A stretch of DNA of 63,229 bases, the filler included, from Octopus bimaculoides (Eukaryota), in the NCBI RefSeq assembly GCF_001194135.2. It is 3 parts of 3 records of this genome, joined end to end, with 100 filler letters (N's around TTAATTAATTAA, not from the genome) between each part and the next. Parts side by side here need not be neighbours in the genome. Positions count along the whole stretch, not along the records: positions 28,210 to 54,723 come from NC_069004.1; 2 more parts are not named here. One strand, 5' to 3'. A model generated the notes under the pieces. That model was not told the origin of the DNA. It did no database searches and saw nothing but the letters and a program-made list of their open reading frames with translations. Made by a program: the position numbers and the translations under genes. Shown piece after piece: positions 37,032 to 49,260 of the stretch. How positions within the stretch are numbered: the first letter of the stretch is position 1; each line of letters starts with the position of its first letter.

Positions 37032-37338
37032 GTCATTGGAATAATGTTTCCCTCTCAAACCCTCTTTCATGGGTCCAAAGAGATGATAGTCCAGTGACGA
37101 GGAAGTGAAAATTGTAGTGAAGAAGTGGCTCAAAGAACAGTCAACAAAATTTTCAGGGCAGGGATACATGCTCTCATTCAAAGGTGGAACATTGCTATTG
37201 AGAGAAATGGTAACTTTGTTGAGAAGTTGGGATGTGATCCACAGAGGACCAGCTTTATTTTAATGTATGAAACATGTTCCTATGTTGGTAATTATTCTTG
37301 TCCTAAATAAAATGGCATTGCTTTTTGACTCACCCTCG
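37032..37338 (+). mobile_element. Mariner 3' end fragment with inverted 5' segment
   Basis: Plus strand: SDEEVK...GIHALIQRWNIAIERNGNFVEK and terminus CTTTTTGACTCACCCTCG|TA. 37032-37091 encodes DYHLFGPMKEGLRGKHYSND on the minus strand. Confidence 0.88.
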
Positions 37339-37591
37339 TATTTCTGTCATGACTATACACTCATTGTCAGTTTCTCTTATATTGTACTATGTATTCTATA
37401 TGTTTTACAGAATGATACATTAAGGAACTTTTTTTATGAGTACTACCATACTACCGGATTACTTAAATCCATATATTGTGACATGTATATGTGACATATA
37501 TTGTGACATATATTGTGTGTATGTATATATATATGTGCAAGTGTAAATATATATGTTTATTTATATATATGTGTGTATATGTATATGAATT

Positions 37592-37623
<32 letters not shown>

Positions 37624-37859
37624 NNNNNNNNNNNNNNNNNNNNNNNNNNNNNNNNNNNNNNNNNNNNNNNNNNNNNNNNNNNNNNNNNNNNNNNNNNNNN
37701 NNNNNNNNNNNNNNNNNNNNNNNNNNNNNNNNNNNNNNNNNNNNNNNNNNNNNNNNNNNNNNNNNNNNNNNNNNNNNNNNNNNNNNNNNNNNNNNNNNNN
37801 NNNNNNNNNNNNNNNNNNNNNNNNNNNNNNNNNNNATATATATATATATATATATATAT

Positions 37860-38130
37860 AGGTGCATGGCTCAGTGGTTAGAGCATTGAACTCACAATCA
37901 TGAGGTAGTGAGTTTGATTCCCAGACTGGGCTGTGTGTTTTGTTGTTGAGCAAAACACTTTATTTCACATTGCTTCACTTCACTCAGCTGTAGAAATGTG
38001 TTGTGATTTCATTGGTGCCAAACTGTGTTGGCATTTTCCCATGGAGAGGGGAGACTGGTATGCATGAGTGACTTGCTGGTCTTCCATAAACAACCATATC
38101 TGGACTTGTCTTGGCAAGGAAAGTTTTAGC
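37860..38130 (+). mobile_element. tRNA-headed SINE (family E)
   Basis: GCATGGCTCAGTGGTTAGAGC (A box) and GAGTTTGATTCC (B box), then TTGAGCAAAACACTTTATTTCAC. Confidence 0.8.
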
Positions 38131-38799
38131 AATTAAACAATCACATAATGAAGAACTGCAAAGCAGAAGATAAAAGTAGGGAAATGGAAATGGGAAAAGA
38201 CAGATAAATAAGAAAATGAATCAGTTTGCTTAGTGTATTGATCCTGTGATTTATTTGAGCCAGCGACCACAAACAACTGAAAACCATGTGTGCATGGATT
38301 ATATACGATGGCGCATGAATTATATACGAGACTTCATGCGAGGAAACCAAGAGCAGAGAAACTAACCGCTACGGATCTATAGGGAATCCGTTGATATCGT
38401 ATGACAATGCGTGCTGCTAATTTTTATGATTTAAGCTGCAATTAATTTGTCTATCCATAGAGAAATATCTGTTATCTAAAATATGAGAGAATTTAGGTTT
38501 GGTATTATTCACCTATCAAATAAATAAATTAATCAATTAATAAATAAATAGACAGACAAACAGACAGACAGACAAACAGACAGATAGGGAGACAAACAGA
38601 TAGAAAGAGAGAGAGATAGACAGAGATAGATAGGAAGGTAATGCATAAGTTGGCAGTATGTATGTATGTATAGTGTGTGTGTGTGTGTGTGTTTTCAAGT
38701 CATTAGGCGTCTTTTAATGTTTTTGATGTATGATTTATTTGCATGTTTATTTTCGCATTGTTTTGCGATATGATTATGACTTTAATAATTAAATTGTGA

Positions 38800-39690
38800 G
38801 GAATTTTATAGAGCATGCCTGTATAGCATATTTTTCAGGGATTACAATCGGGAGAATTAGGCTAGAAATTGGGGCTGGTGAAGTTGTAGGAATTCTCCAA
38901 CAACCTCTTCTAACTCTTTCTGAGGGTACAGCAAGGTGTCAAAGCCTACAGCTATACATGGCCTTCCAGCAGCAACCTGTTCCAACTAGGGTTTGATCCA
39001 GTTTCCAGTTGCCTCGCATAGCCATCTGAATTGAGTCTAAGGCCCTGTTCAAAGATGTGGGGCAGCATAATATCACTCTCGTTGGAAACACCCAAAGACC
39101 ATCACAGTTTGAGGAAACTTGGTTTTCATGGTATATAGGACATCACCTGTTGTTCTGGGTGTTGTGCAAGTCCTGGCAGAAGTTCTTTTCATCTGAGAAG
39201 AACCAGATGATTGATCTCCAGTTCAACAGGTTGCCTCAGTTTGTTCAGAAGCTTCTTTGCCTTTGTCAAGCAGTTCTCTTTGGCCTTGGCTATCAGAATT
39301 TGTCCCTTGTGCCCCTTGTATGAGTGGTAGCAAAGGCCTTCATTCAGAGTCCTCTTCATGGTAGCAACTTCAACACTCATCTCCCATAAGAGCTTGGATT
39401 TCCTTACTCTTGCCTTCACTCACTTTGTCTTGCAGTTATAGGATGAATTCCAGCATGTGGAATACCTACTCTGTCCCTTTCTCAATACCTACTATGTCCC
39501 TTTCTGCAGGCCATAGCTTCATAATCCTTGTTGTAGCTGTCCATGTCACATCTTATAGCCTTTACAGTGTTCACAGAGCATTGAGCAGCAATCATGATGT
39601 TGTCATGGTGACACTTAGTGCAACTTGTTATGATACAGATAACTTTTTTCCAATATTCAGATGGCTTTCAGCTCTCCATGTCAGCTAACT
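38800..39690 (-). mobile_element. maT/DD37D-type Tc1-mariner transposase relic
   Basis: IWFFSDEKNFCQD...NTQNNR, MKTKFPQTVMVFGCVSNE, PHIFEQGLRLNSDGY, PNSPDCNP; multiple stops and frameshifts. Confidence 0.8.
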
Positions 39691-40046
39691 TTTTCTCAAC
39701 TACAACTTTAACCCTTTAGCATTCATATTAATTTAATCAAGTATTATCACAGAACCTTGAAATTTCAATGATGTAATTGTTTATTTTGAGAATGATATTG
39801 CAAGGTAGGTGTGAGAAGTTGACTCTGGCCAGTTTCAACATACAACTGGTAGAATATATGGGCTGGATGTGGCCGGTTTAAATACTAAACGGTTAATCTT
39901 TATGCTTTCCAATGCTGCTGTTCCTGAAAAAATGATATAAAAAGTCATCAGGAGAAAGTCACCTAAACACCCTGTATATTCATCTATATATGAGGGGAGA
40001 TGTGTGGTGTGGTTTGGTGTTTGTGTGTGCATGCATGCGCATGCAT

Positions 40047-40095
<49 letters not shown>

Positions 40096-40552
40096 CACAT
40101 TTTCTTTAATATACCACGTGCAGAAGTGCATCTGGATTAATTTATATATTATGTACATGCATGTATATCATAGAAAGAAGCGTGTCTGCTGTAGTATACA
40201 ATACACTATATAGCTGTATGTGTCTATGTGTTATTTGTATTTGATAGCCACATTTTTTCATGCATGAGGGTTAGATTATATATGAGAGGTTGTTATAGAT
40301 AACCAAAGAAAAGTGGTGCTTCACCTCACAGTAGTACTACTCAAATCAAGTTGATTTTTTCAGGCTGCTAGAGGTCATGTAAACATCTATGTGTACCACC
40401 ACTACCACCAAGCAGAGAGAGGTAGAAGTGTTGGGTTGGTTAAACAGGCTGTCTGGCTTGAAGTATTCCAGCTTTGGTATTGTTTGTTTCAGACAGTAGT
40501 GTATCTAGAAGTACATTATTCAGAGGTTTCTTTTCTTTTTAGGTTGGTAGGC

Positions 40553-41000
40553 TCAGACATGGTTATGTGGTTAAGAAGCTCACTTAGCAGTCATATGGTT
40601 TTGGGAACAATCCCACTGTAGATTCGGCTGACCTCTACATTGTGCCTGGTGAGTTTAATTGATGGAACCTGTACAGAAGCCCATCTCACCCCCCCCCCAC
40701 ATTTAAGGGGTTTTTTTTTCTATTAAATGATAGGCACAGGCATGGCTGTGTGGTTTAAGATGTTTACTTTCCAACCACATAGTTTCAGTTTCAGTCCTAC
40801 TGCATGGCGCCTTGGGCAAGTATCTTCTATTATAGCCATGGGTCAACCAAAGCCTTGAGAGTAGATTTGCTTGATGGAAACTGAAAGAAGCTTGTTGTAT
40901 ATGTGTGTATATTTGTGTCTCCTTGCCTTGACATTGTATGATGGTTGTAAATGAGTGTCACTGTCATACAAGCAGTGTCAAAAAAGTTACCCAGCTATTG
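40553..41000 (+). mobile_element. Two tandem CORE-like SINE copies (family D)
   Basis: Heads at ~40555 and ~40738; GGCGCCTTGGGCAAGTATCTTCTATTATAGCC. Confidence 0.75.
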
Positions 41001-41559
41001 AATACTACCCCAAAAAGTCTTATCCATACCATGTCAGCTTAAGAATATGGGTATGAAAATGACAGTGATGGTGATGATGATGCCACTGCCACCACAGCCA
41101 ACAGTTTGATAATCTGACTATATATGTCTATGATGAAGGATTTCATGGTCAATTAAATAAATACCAGTCATGTATGGAGATCAATTTAATTGGCTGTATC
41201 TCCCATCCACTAAAGTGGCTGGCCTTGTAATGTAGGCAGTGGATGGCAGAACTGCTAGAGTATCATTCAGTAATCATTTATAGCTCTTTACATTTCTTAG
41301 GAGTGTGGAGACTCAAATAAGTACTTGTTTATTTAATTCAACCTCACTTCTCACCTAACCACTTAACTCATGGTGTTGTGAACTATTTTGTAAATTATCA
41401 TTTTTATCCAAAAGCCATTTCATGCTAATTTGATTAGCAGGAATACTATCTTGAGGTTTGGTGACACCAAGTCTCCTCAAGTTTCACAAATCTTCCTTAG
41501 GATTCTGGTTGAATCCAGGATGGCACTTTTCTGTAGGTTGTCAGTGCAAGTCTCAATTC

Positions 41560-41830
41560 TTACGGATGGATGTGGAGAGCTGTGTGAAGAAGTGCCACTC
41601 CCAAACAGTGGAAGGAACCCGTGGTAGGGGGAGACCCAGGAAGACATGGGATGGGGTGGTGAAGCATGGCCTTTGAACGTTGGACTTCACAGAGGCAATG
41701 ACGAAAGACTGAGACCTCTGGAGATATGCTGTGACTGAGAAGACCCAGCAAATAAAGTGACATCACAGTTGTAGCCTACGCCAGTGTCGCATAACCAGCC
41801 CGCTCAAAAAGTACCTTTAGATCGTAGGGC
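41560..41830 (+). mobile_element. RTE LINE 3' end
   Basis: RMDVESCVKKC...VEGTRGRGRPRKTWDGVVKHGL. Confidence 0.85.
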
Positions 41831-41929
41831 AACATGCCGTACTTGAGGAGACCTATTGAGTCAAGTATATCAACATCAAAATCGAATCACACCACAATCA
41901 AATGGAAATTGTAGTTGTGGCTGATGCCA

Positions 41930-42400
41930 GCACAGCCTGTCTGGCTCCCTGTGCCAGTGGCATGTAAAAAGCACCATCCAAATGTGGTCAATGCCAGCCC
42001 CCTCACTCTGACTGACTCCTGTGCCAGTGGCATGTAAAAAGCACCATCCGAACATGGCTGATGCCAGTGCCGCCTTGACTGGCTCCCGTGCCAGTGGCAC
42101 GTAAAAGCACCATTCAAACGTGGTCGATGCCAGCCCCCTCTGACCCCCATGCCAGTGGCATGTAAAAAGCACCATCCAAACGTTGTTGATGCCAGCCCCC
42201 TCTGGCCCCTGTGCTGGTGGCACGTAAAAAGCACCCACTACACTCTCAGAGTGGTTGGCATTAGGAAGGGCATCCAGCTGTAGAAACACTGCTAGATCAG
42301 ACTGGAGCCTGGTGCGGCTTCCTGGCTCCCCCCCCCCAGTCGAACCGTCCAACCTATGCCAGCATGGAAAACGAATATTAAATGATGATAATGATGATGT
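41930..42400 (+). mobile_element. SINE family B with internal VNTR (~5 x 60-70 bp)
   Basis: Repeated GTGCCAGTGGCATGTAAAAAGCACCATCC, followed by the standard family B body and tail. Confidence 0.85.
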
Positions 42401-42895
42401 TGTACCAAGTGCACCAATTACCATAGGAATAATTGTCTTAATCTTCCACAATCTCTTCAACTATATTGCTAGGTCCTGATATTTCTCAATTTTTTTTCAA
42501 TTTCATTGTTATCCACTCTATTCTCATATAGTATTGCAAAGTCTACGACCTACACTGTTTATGTTGTCCTCTATAATCATGTCTATTCTTCTTGCTTCAA
42601 TAGTGTGGTTTGTCTTTATGGAGAAATCCCCAAAAATCCTGTTATTCTTATTCTCTATCACTTTCTCTTGTTTGTTTTCATAGCACTTTCCTTTTATTTT
42701 GAAGTCACACACTCGGTTAACATTCCAGTAGAATTTTTTTTTACTTACATAGTCATGCCTGTACTTATACTCTTCTTGTGCTAACTTATTGCATTCATGC
42801 AAGAGATGATTAATACTTTTATCTCCTTTCCTGTAGATTCTACATTTGCTTTCTGAGTTTTTTCAATCTTTGTCAATTTGTTCTAATACCTTGTT
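42400..42895 (-). mobile_element. R4/Dong-like LINE RLE-domain fragment
   Basis: ECNKLAQEEYKYRHD, DFSIKTNHTIEARRID, KRLWKIKTIIPMVIGALG. Confidence 0.85.
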
Positions 42896-42923
42896 CCTGA
42901 GTGTCTATCTATCTATCTATCTA

Positions 42924-43227
42924 TCTATACATATTGTATAGCTGAGTTTGTGAGTGTGTGTTGCATCTATAGAAATCTACACCTTACAAGATAGCAATCT
43001 GGGAGTCGCACCAATGGATTCCTCATGGTTGAAAATTCCCGGAATCGACCATTTATTTTTTTTTATTGCTTCCTAAGACCTGAATTTTTGTATTAAAAAT
43101 AATTTTAAACCATAAATTCTAACAATTTTCAAATCGGAGCATGAGTTAAGTCCCCTTCTATTGACGTTGTAAACAGAGGGAGACTCATAGTGACATATAG
43201 CTGGTTGTGCGTGAACATGGGAGAGAG
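42924..43227 (+). mobile_element. Non-autonomous Helitron 5' part (3' end lost in gap)
   Basis: A|TCTATACATATTGTATAGCTGAG start; shares AACAATTTTCAA(A/G)TCGGAG...GAGTTAAGTCCCC with 45270-45516. Confidence 0.55.
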
Positions 43228-43246
43228 NNNNNNNNNNNNNNNNNNN

Positions 43247-43279
<33 letters not shown>

Positions 43280-43439
43280 TTTCGGTGCAAATGGTTTTGT
43301 TATACGACGCTGTATTTTACAATCATGTAAATAATAATAATAATGGTATTTTTTTTATATAAGCTTAAAGTTTATGGCGTTCACCACACAATGACTAAGA
43401 AAAATAGTCTAATAACGAGGCATATAAGCACTCAACAGA

Positions 43440-44830
43440 AAAAACAAGATGTTGCACAGTATACAATATTGTGAGGTTGTTGGTTGGAGATATTGTCTAC
43501 TGGAGGTTTGTACTGCTTGTCAGGTCACAGTAAGGACCTCAGACAGACAGTACTTTTTCGCAATATACATGCAGTTCCAAGTAAAGCCAACTTTTGCAAT
43601 ACACCTAGACTAGAGTATTTCTAAAGTTTTCAGATGTTTTTTCAGATTGGGTGGTATCATTATTATTATTATTCCTTTTTATCACAGGTTTTGTTGGAGC
43701 TCCTGGAGTCTTGCTACCTGCAGCCTACGATATCATGCTACTCATTCTTTTCAGCTATCTAATACTTTCTTGATTATTCTGACCATGCCAAGGAGACAAA
43801 TCTTTTGTAACAGTTCTACTTGGCACTCTATTCCAATTTCCTTTATATTCTTCTTCATGCCTTCTGATACTGTCCCCAAGGATCAAAGAATAAGTGGCAC
43901 TATCTTCATCTTCTTCATTTTCCATAACTGGGCTGTTTCTTACCTAAGATTGTTGTATTTATCTTTCTTGTCTTCCTTCTTGACTATTCATGGGCCAAAG
44001 AAGCATGCAACATCAACTATATAGCACATGTTGTGCATTTTGTTGACCACCACTAGGTCTGGTCTGTTATGCTCTAGCACATGATCTCTTTGGATTGGGA
44101 AATCTCAGCGGATCTTACTAGTCTCTGACTCTGCCACTCTCCACAGTTTGTATTTATACCACACCTTGCTTCTCTCTAGCCCTCACTTTTCACAGTTTCT
44201 AATGTAGCACTTTTGCTACCTTATTGTGTTGGCACAACTTGTAGTGGTTTTGGTCAAGTCTAGGGCATTCGTTTGTGATATGGGCAATGGTTTTATCCAC
44301 TCTATTACAGATGTGGCACAGTGGAGACTCTTGTTCATTCCTAAGGTTGACCCACCAATTCACGGGCAAAGCTTGGTCTTGCACTACCAGTATAGTGTTT
44401 TCAGTCTCTTTTTTCAATGTTCCTTTCTTCAGCAACTTCTGTTTTCCAGCAACTTCTGTTGTGGCTACATGGAAATGATTGTGTAGTCCCTTTTTGCGTA
44501 ATTCTTCTTGTCTCTTTTGTACCTCTTCCTTTGTTTTTCCTTTTCTCTTTGCTTTCAATACTCTCTCCTTCCTAACTGACACTAGCAAGATGTACACAAT
44601 CTTCCACATGTATAGGTGATCAATGTCTGCATGTGGATGATGGGCTCCATGCATCGTTAGGAGCTTTCTTAACTTCCTGTCAATCTCCTTTAGTTCCTCC
44701 TCTCTCCACTTCAGGATACTGAACTACTGCAACTGTGCATGAGTTTATTGCTGAAATTATGTTCCTGGCATGCAGCTTTGCAGCCAATATTTTTTGCACT
44801 CGCTGCAGGTACTCTCTTTTTGTCTTTTCC
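43440..44830 (-). mobile_element. R4/Dong-like LINE, 5'-truncated
   Basis: GAHHPHADIDHLY, LKKETENTILVVQDQAL, CHICNRVDKTIAHITNECPRL (CCHC finger), LQKLALLGTACILRK. Confidence 0.88.
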
Positions 44831-44874
44831 TTCATGTCATTGTGTTTATTATTATTATTATTATTATTATTATT

Positions 44875-45070
44875 TAAGGTGGCAAACTGACTGAATTGTT
44901 AGCATGCTGGGTGAAATGCCTAGTGGCATTTTCTCTTTATGTTCTGAGTTCAACTTTGCTTTTCATCCTTTCAGGGTCAATAAAATAAGTACCAGTTAAG
45001 TATTGGGGTCAATGCAATTAACTTACCCCGCCTTCTCCAAAGTTGCTGGTCTTGTGACAAAATCTGATAC
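44875..45070 (+). mobile_element. tRNA-derived SINE (family A)
   Basis: Homologous to 18268-18461; (GTT)n follows. Confidence 0.8.
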
Positions 45071-46098
45071 CATTGTTATTATTATTGTTGTTGTTGTTGT
45101 TGTTGTTGTTGCTGTTGTTGTTGTTGTTGCTGCTATTTACTTTTAATCTGCATGTTTGTTACAATCACTTGTCAATACACACCCAGCATCCTAGGGCAAG
45201 TGAAGGATAAGAGCTGTTACAATATGACTGAAAGCCTGGAGAGGAGAAGTGGCAGGGGCAGTAGCGAAATCCGTATATATATAAAAGGCAAGATGTGTGT
45301 GTGTGTATGGGAATGTAATTTATGCACATCCACAAATTAGCACGCATGTCGCTCCAATTTTAGGAGGACATTCGTCATGACCCTATTTGCATTTTTGTCA
45401 ACTTTTTCTCTCAGAGGCACCTGTGTATAGCTGTAAAAATCGATTTTCAACCAAAACTTTTAACAATTTTCAAGTCGGAGAAATCTACCATTGTTTACAA
45501 CTGGAGTTAAGTCCCCNNNNNNNNNNNNNNNNNNNNNNNNNNNNNNNNNNNNNNNNNNNNNNNNNNNNNNNNNNNNNNNNNNNNNNNNNNNNNNNNNNNN
45601 NNNNNNNNNNNNNNNNNNNNNNNNNNNNNNNNNNNNNNNNNNNNNNNNNNNNNNNNNNNNNNNNNNNNNNNNNNNNNNNNNNNNNNNNNNNNNNNNNNNN
45701 NNNNNNNNNNNNNNNNNNNNNNNNNNNNNNNNCCATCCGGTTTCACCAGTCCTCAGTCAAATCGTCCAACCCATGCTAGCATGGAAAGCGGACGTTAAAC
45801 GATGATGATGATGATGATGATGATGATATATATATATATATATTTATATAGATAGGGTGATAAATTGAATATTAATTCAATTTAAAACCAAGTGGCCTAG
45901 CATATAAAAAATTTGAAAATTCAGAAAAAATTGTATTACACGTATATAAGGGATAAGGGATGACCACTAGGTGGACATCCAATATGCTAGAAAGAGGTCA
46001 TCTATGCCCCAGCCACAAAGAAAAATAATGTTCTCCAGAAAAATTTTGCAAAACGCTAGAACAGGATAAAATGAGGAATATACAGAATAAAGAATTAT

Positions 46099-46307
46099 CT
46101 ATGGACTGCTGCAGTTTCGAACATTAACGTTTTACTTACATAACACCCATGTTCTCATATATCATCATCATCATCGTCGTTTAACGTCCGCTTTCCATGC
46201 TAGCATGGAAAGCGGACGTTAAACGACGACGATGATGATGATGATATATGAGAACATGGATGTTACGTAAGTAAAACGTTAATGTTCGAAACTGCAGCAG
46301 TCCATAG
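46099..46307. repeat. Near-perfect 209-bp palindrome centred on the SINE B motif CCATGCTAGCATGG
   Basis: Axis at 46201/46202; arms differ by 2 substitutions and one 3-nt unit; the right arm ends at an N gap. Confidence 0.95.
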
Positions 46308-46971
46308 NNNNNNNNNNNNNNNNNNNNNNNNNNNNNNNNNNNNNNNNNNNNNNNNNNNNNNNNNNNNNNNNNNNNNNNNNNNNNNNNNNNNNNNNNNNNN
46401 NNNNNNNNNNNNNNNNNNNNNNNNNNNNNNNNNNNNNNNNNNNNNNNNNNNNNNNNNNNNNNNNNNNNNNNNNNNNNNNNNNNNNNNNNNNNNNNNNNNN
46501 NNNNNNNNNNNNNNNNNNNNNNNNNNNNNNNNNNNNNNNNNNNNNNNNNNNNNNNNNNNNNNNNNNNNNNNNNNNNNNNNNNNNNNNNNNNNNNNNNNNN
46601 NNNNNNNNNNNNNNNNNNNNNNNNNNNNNNNNNNNNNNNNNNNNNNNNNNNNNNNNNNNNNNNNNNNNNNNNNNNNNNNNNNNNNNNNNNNNNNNNNNNN
46701 NNNNNNNNNNNNNNNNNNNNNNNNNNNNNNNNNNNNNNNNNNNNNNNNNNNNNNNNNNNNNNNNNNNNNNNNNNNNNNNNNNNNNNNNNNNNNNNNNNNN
46801 NNNNNNNNNNNNNNNNNNNNNNNNNNNNNNNNNNNNNNNNNNNNNNNNNNNNNNNNNNNNNNNNNNNNNNNNGGCAGGATGCATCGTTAAAACGGCTCTT
46901 CCCATTGACTGCAAATTAAATTTGTATACACAAATTAAACCTGTGCCATGGAGGAATGTAGTGGCGGACAA

Positions 46972-47058
46972 AAAACAAGACAGGAAAACAAACGGAAAAG
47001 AAAACAAGACAGGAAAACAAACGGAAAAGAAAACAAGACAGGAAAACAAACTGAAAAG
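46972..47058. repeat. 29-bp tandem repeat x3
   Basis: AAAACAAGACAGGAAAACAAAC(G/T)GAAAAG, three copies. Confidence 0.95.
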
Positions 47059-47438
47059 GCCATGCGGCCAGACGTGAAAAATTATGTCGCTTCTGACACA
47101 GAGAATCGGGAGCCTTTTTGGGCATTCTATTTTCCTTGCTGGAAGGGTTCCTAACCCATGGGCAAAGAGGGGTTAGATGATGGCGGTAGTGTTTTCAAAG
47201 GGCTGGCATGTGTAACCTGATCACCTCTGCCGATCAAACTCCCAACCCATGTGCTCCCATCGCGACACTGATTCTGCCCAAATTTGACGTCTATGTTACT
47301 TAGTATGGTTTGAAATAAACAACTTGATTAGTTAATAATCCCAACTTAATCCCATGCAAAGCCGGGCTATACTGCTAGTATCTTCATATAATACAACACA
47401 GATATTTAAATTGATAGGGTTTTTCTAAAGGTGTGGGC

Positions 47439-48586
47439 AAGATCTAGCTAAGAGCAATGTTATATATCAACACAATCTTTTGGATTTCTCTGAGACACGG
47501 TTTCCCTGGGATGTTGTCTAGATGTTTTTGACATCCCTTTTTTATCATGTCTAGGGCACCTACAATAACAGGAACAATTCTTGCTTTAAGACGCCACATC
47601 TTTTGTATTTCAATTTCCAGGCCCTTATATTTATTTAATTTGTCAAATTCCTTTACAGATATGTTTGTATCAGTGGGAACACTTACATCTATTAGTCTGC
47701 AAGTATTTTCTTCCCTGTTTTTATTAATTATGTCTGGTTGATTAGCCTGGATCATTCTGTCAATGTTGACTGGAAAATTCCAGAGGATAGTGATATTTTT
47801 ACCTTTAATGACTGTCTCAAGATGATGTTCATACCAGTAAGTAGGAGTGCTGATTTTGTAGTGTTTACATATTTTCCAATGTAAATACAGTCCTACCCTG
47901 TCATGGTGATTTTTGTATTTGTCTGTTGGGATCCGGTCCAGTTCTGGGTTTTCCATTTATGAAACTTTCTAAGAATACATCTATTCCAATTACCTCTCAT
48001 TTCTGCTCTTCAACTTCATCCAGTCTCATTTTCTCATACTCTACCTAGTCAGCTTCAGCATTATATTCTTTTTTGCTGCTCCATATCTTCTTCCAGAACT
48101 CTTCCATTTCCTCAGTCTTAGGTGGCTCCTTTACTTCTATTTTACTTTGGCCAACTTCCCTATAAAATTTCTTTGCATCCATCTTGAATACCTTGTTTTC
48201 TTAATAAAATATGATTCTTTTGTCATACTTTCTAAACCATTGGGCTTTCAGCTGTATTGGCTGTTTCAACAGTTCCTTGGTTGCAGAAGTTATAAAATCT
48301 TTGCTTTTATATTTTTGCTTGATTTTTCTATCTTGTTTCATCTCATTATTTGCTCCTCTAGCAAGTTCATTAATAACTGATACATCCACCTGCCGAGATT
48401 CAATCTCTTTTTATATTGCTACTTTCCACTTAGGAGGTTTATTGACATGGTTGGCCCTTTTCTGTGACATCCTGATACCTAGTTGAGCAGTTACAACTTT
48501 AGCAGTGAAATAGATGAGGTTATTTAAGATTGTTATGTCATTCCCCTTATTTCTTAAGATCTGTCTAAGAGCAATGTTATATATCA
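47439..48586 (-). mobile_element. R4/Dong-like LINE derivative: N-terminal region joined to RLE domain, RT deleted
   Basis: NIALRQILRNKGNDITILNNLIY and KPPKWK, then HDRVGLYLHWKICKHY, ANQPDI, LIDVSVPTDTNISVKEFDKLNKYKGL, VPVIVGAL. Confidence 0.85.
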
Positions 48587-48604
48587 TGATCATGATGATG
48601 ATCA

Positions 48605-49260
48605 TCATTATTATTTAACGTCTGTTGTCCAAGCTGGCATAGGTTGGATGGTTTGACTGGGCTGGCATGCTGGAAGGCTGCGCCAGGATTCAGTCTGATT
48701 TGGTGTGGTTTTCTATGGCTGGATGCCCTTCCTAAACGCCAACCACTCCAAGAGTGTAATGAGTGCTTTTATGTGCCATTTGCATGATACTGGTATCTGT
48801 CACGACTGCGATTTTGCTTGGCTTGATGGGTCTTCTTCTTAAGCATGACATAATGTCCAAGGTCTTGCCCATTGCCTCCATGAGGCCCAACACTTGAAAG
48901 GAACTCAGCCACTTTGCCTCCATTGAGGTTCAACGCTTGAAAGGAACTTAGGTACTTCGCCTTTGTGAGGCCCACTTGAAAGGAACTCAGCCGCTTTGCC
49001 TCAGTCAAGTCCAATGCTAGAAATGTACTCAGCCACACTCCCTCCGTCAGACCTGACATTCAAAGGTTGATTTTGTTTCTTTACGTGACACCAGCACAGG
49101 TGCACTCAGCTTGATAGGTTCTCTTAAGTAAAGCACATCACCAAAGGTCTCGGTCACTAGTCATTGACTCTGTGTGGTTCAAAGTTTGAACCACATGCTT
49201 CACTGCCTCATCCCATGTCTTCCTGGGTCTACCTCTACCACAGATTCCCTCCACAGTTAA
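48605..49260 (-). mobile_element. SINE family B / RTE 3' UTR with ~39-bp tandem repeats
   Basis: Family B body reversed at ~48610-48790; CTTGAAAGGAACT(C/T)AG repeated at ~48895, 48937 and 48976. Confidence 0.75.

Larger units (their letters stand above)
45270..47378 (+). mobile_element. Non-autonomous Helitron termini enclosing gaps and insertions
   Basis: 5' A|TCCGTATATATATAAAAGG at 45270; 3' CCCATGCAAAGCCGGG hairpin, then CTAG|T at 47375-47379. Two N gaps intervene, so the ends may belong to different copies. Confidence 0.6.

Noticed and set aside
41950-42240. CRISPR-like array (29-bp repeats with ~30-40-bp spacers)
   Set aside because: Spacers are homologous to each other, repeats vary, the array sits inside a SINE, and there are no cas genes in this eukaryotic context.
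48870-49040. ~39-bp repeats as a second array
   Set aside because: Degenerate VNTR within an RTE/SINE 3' region.
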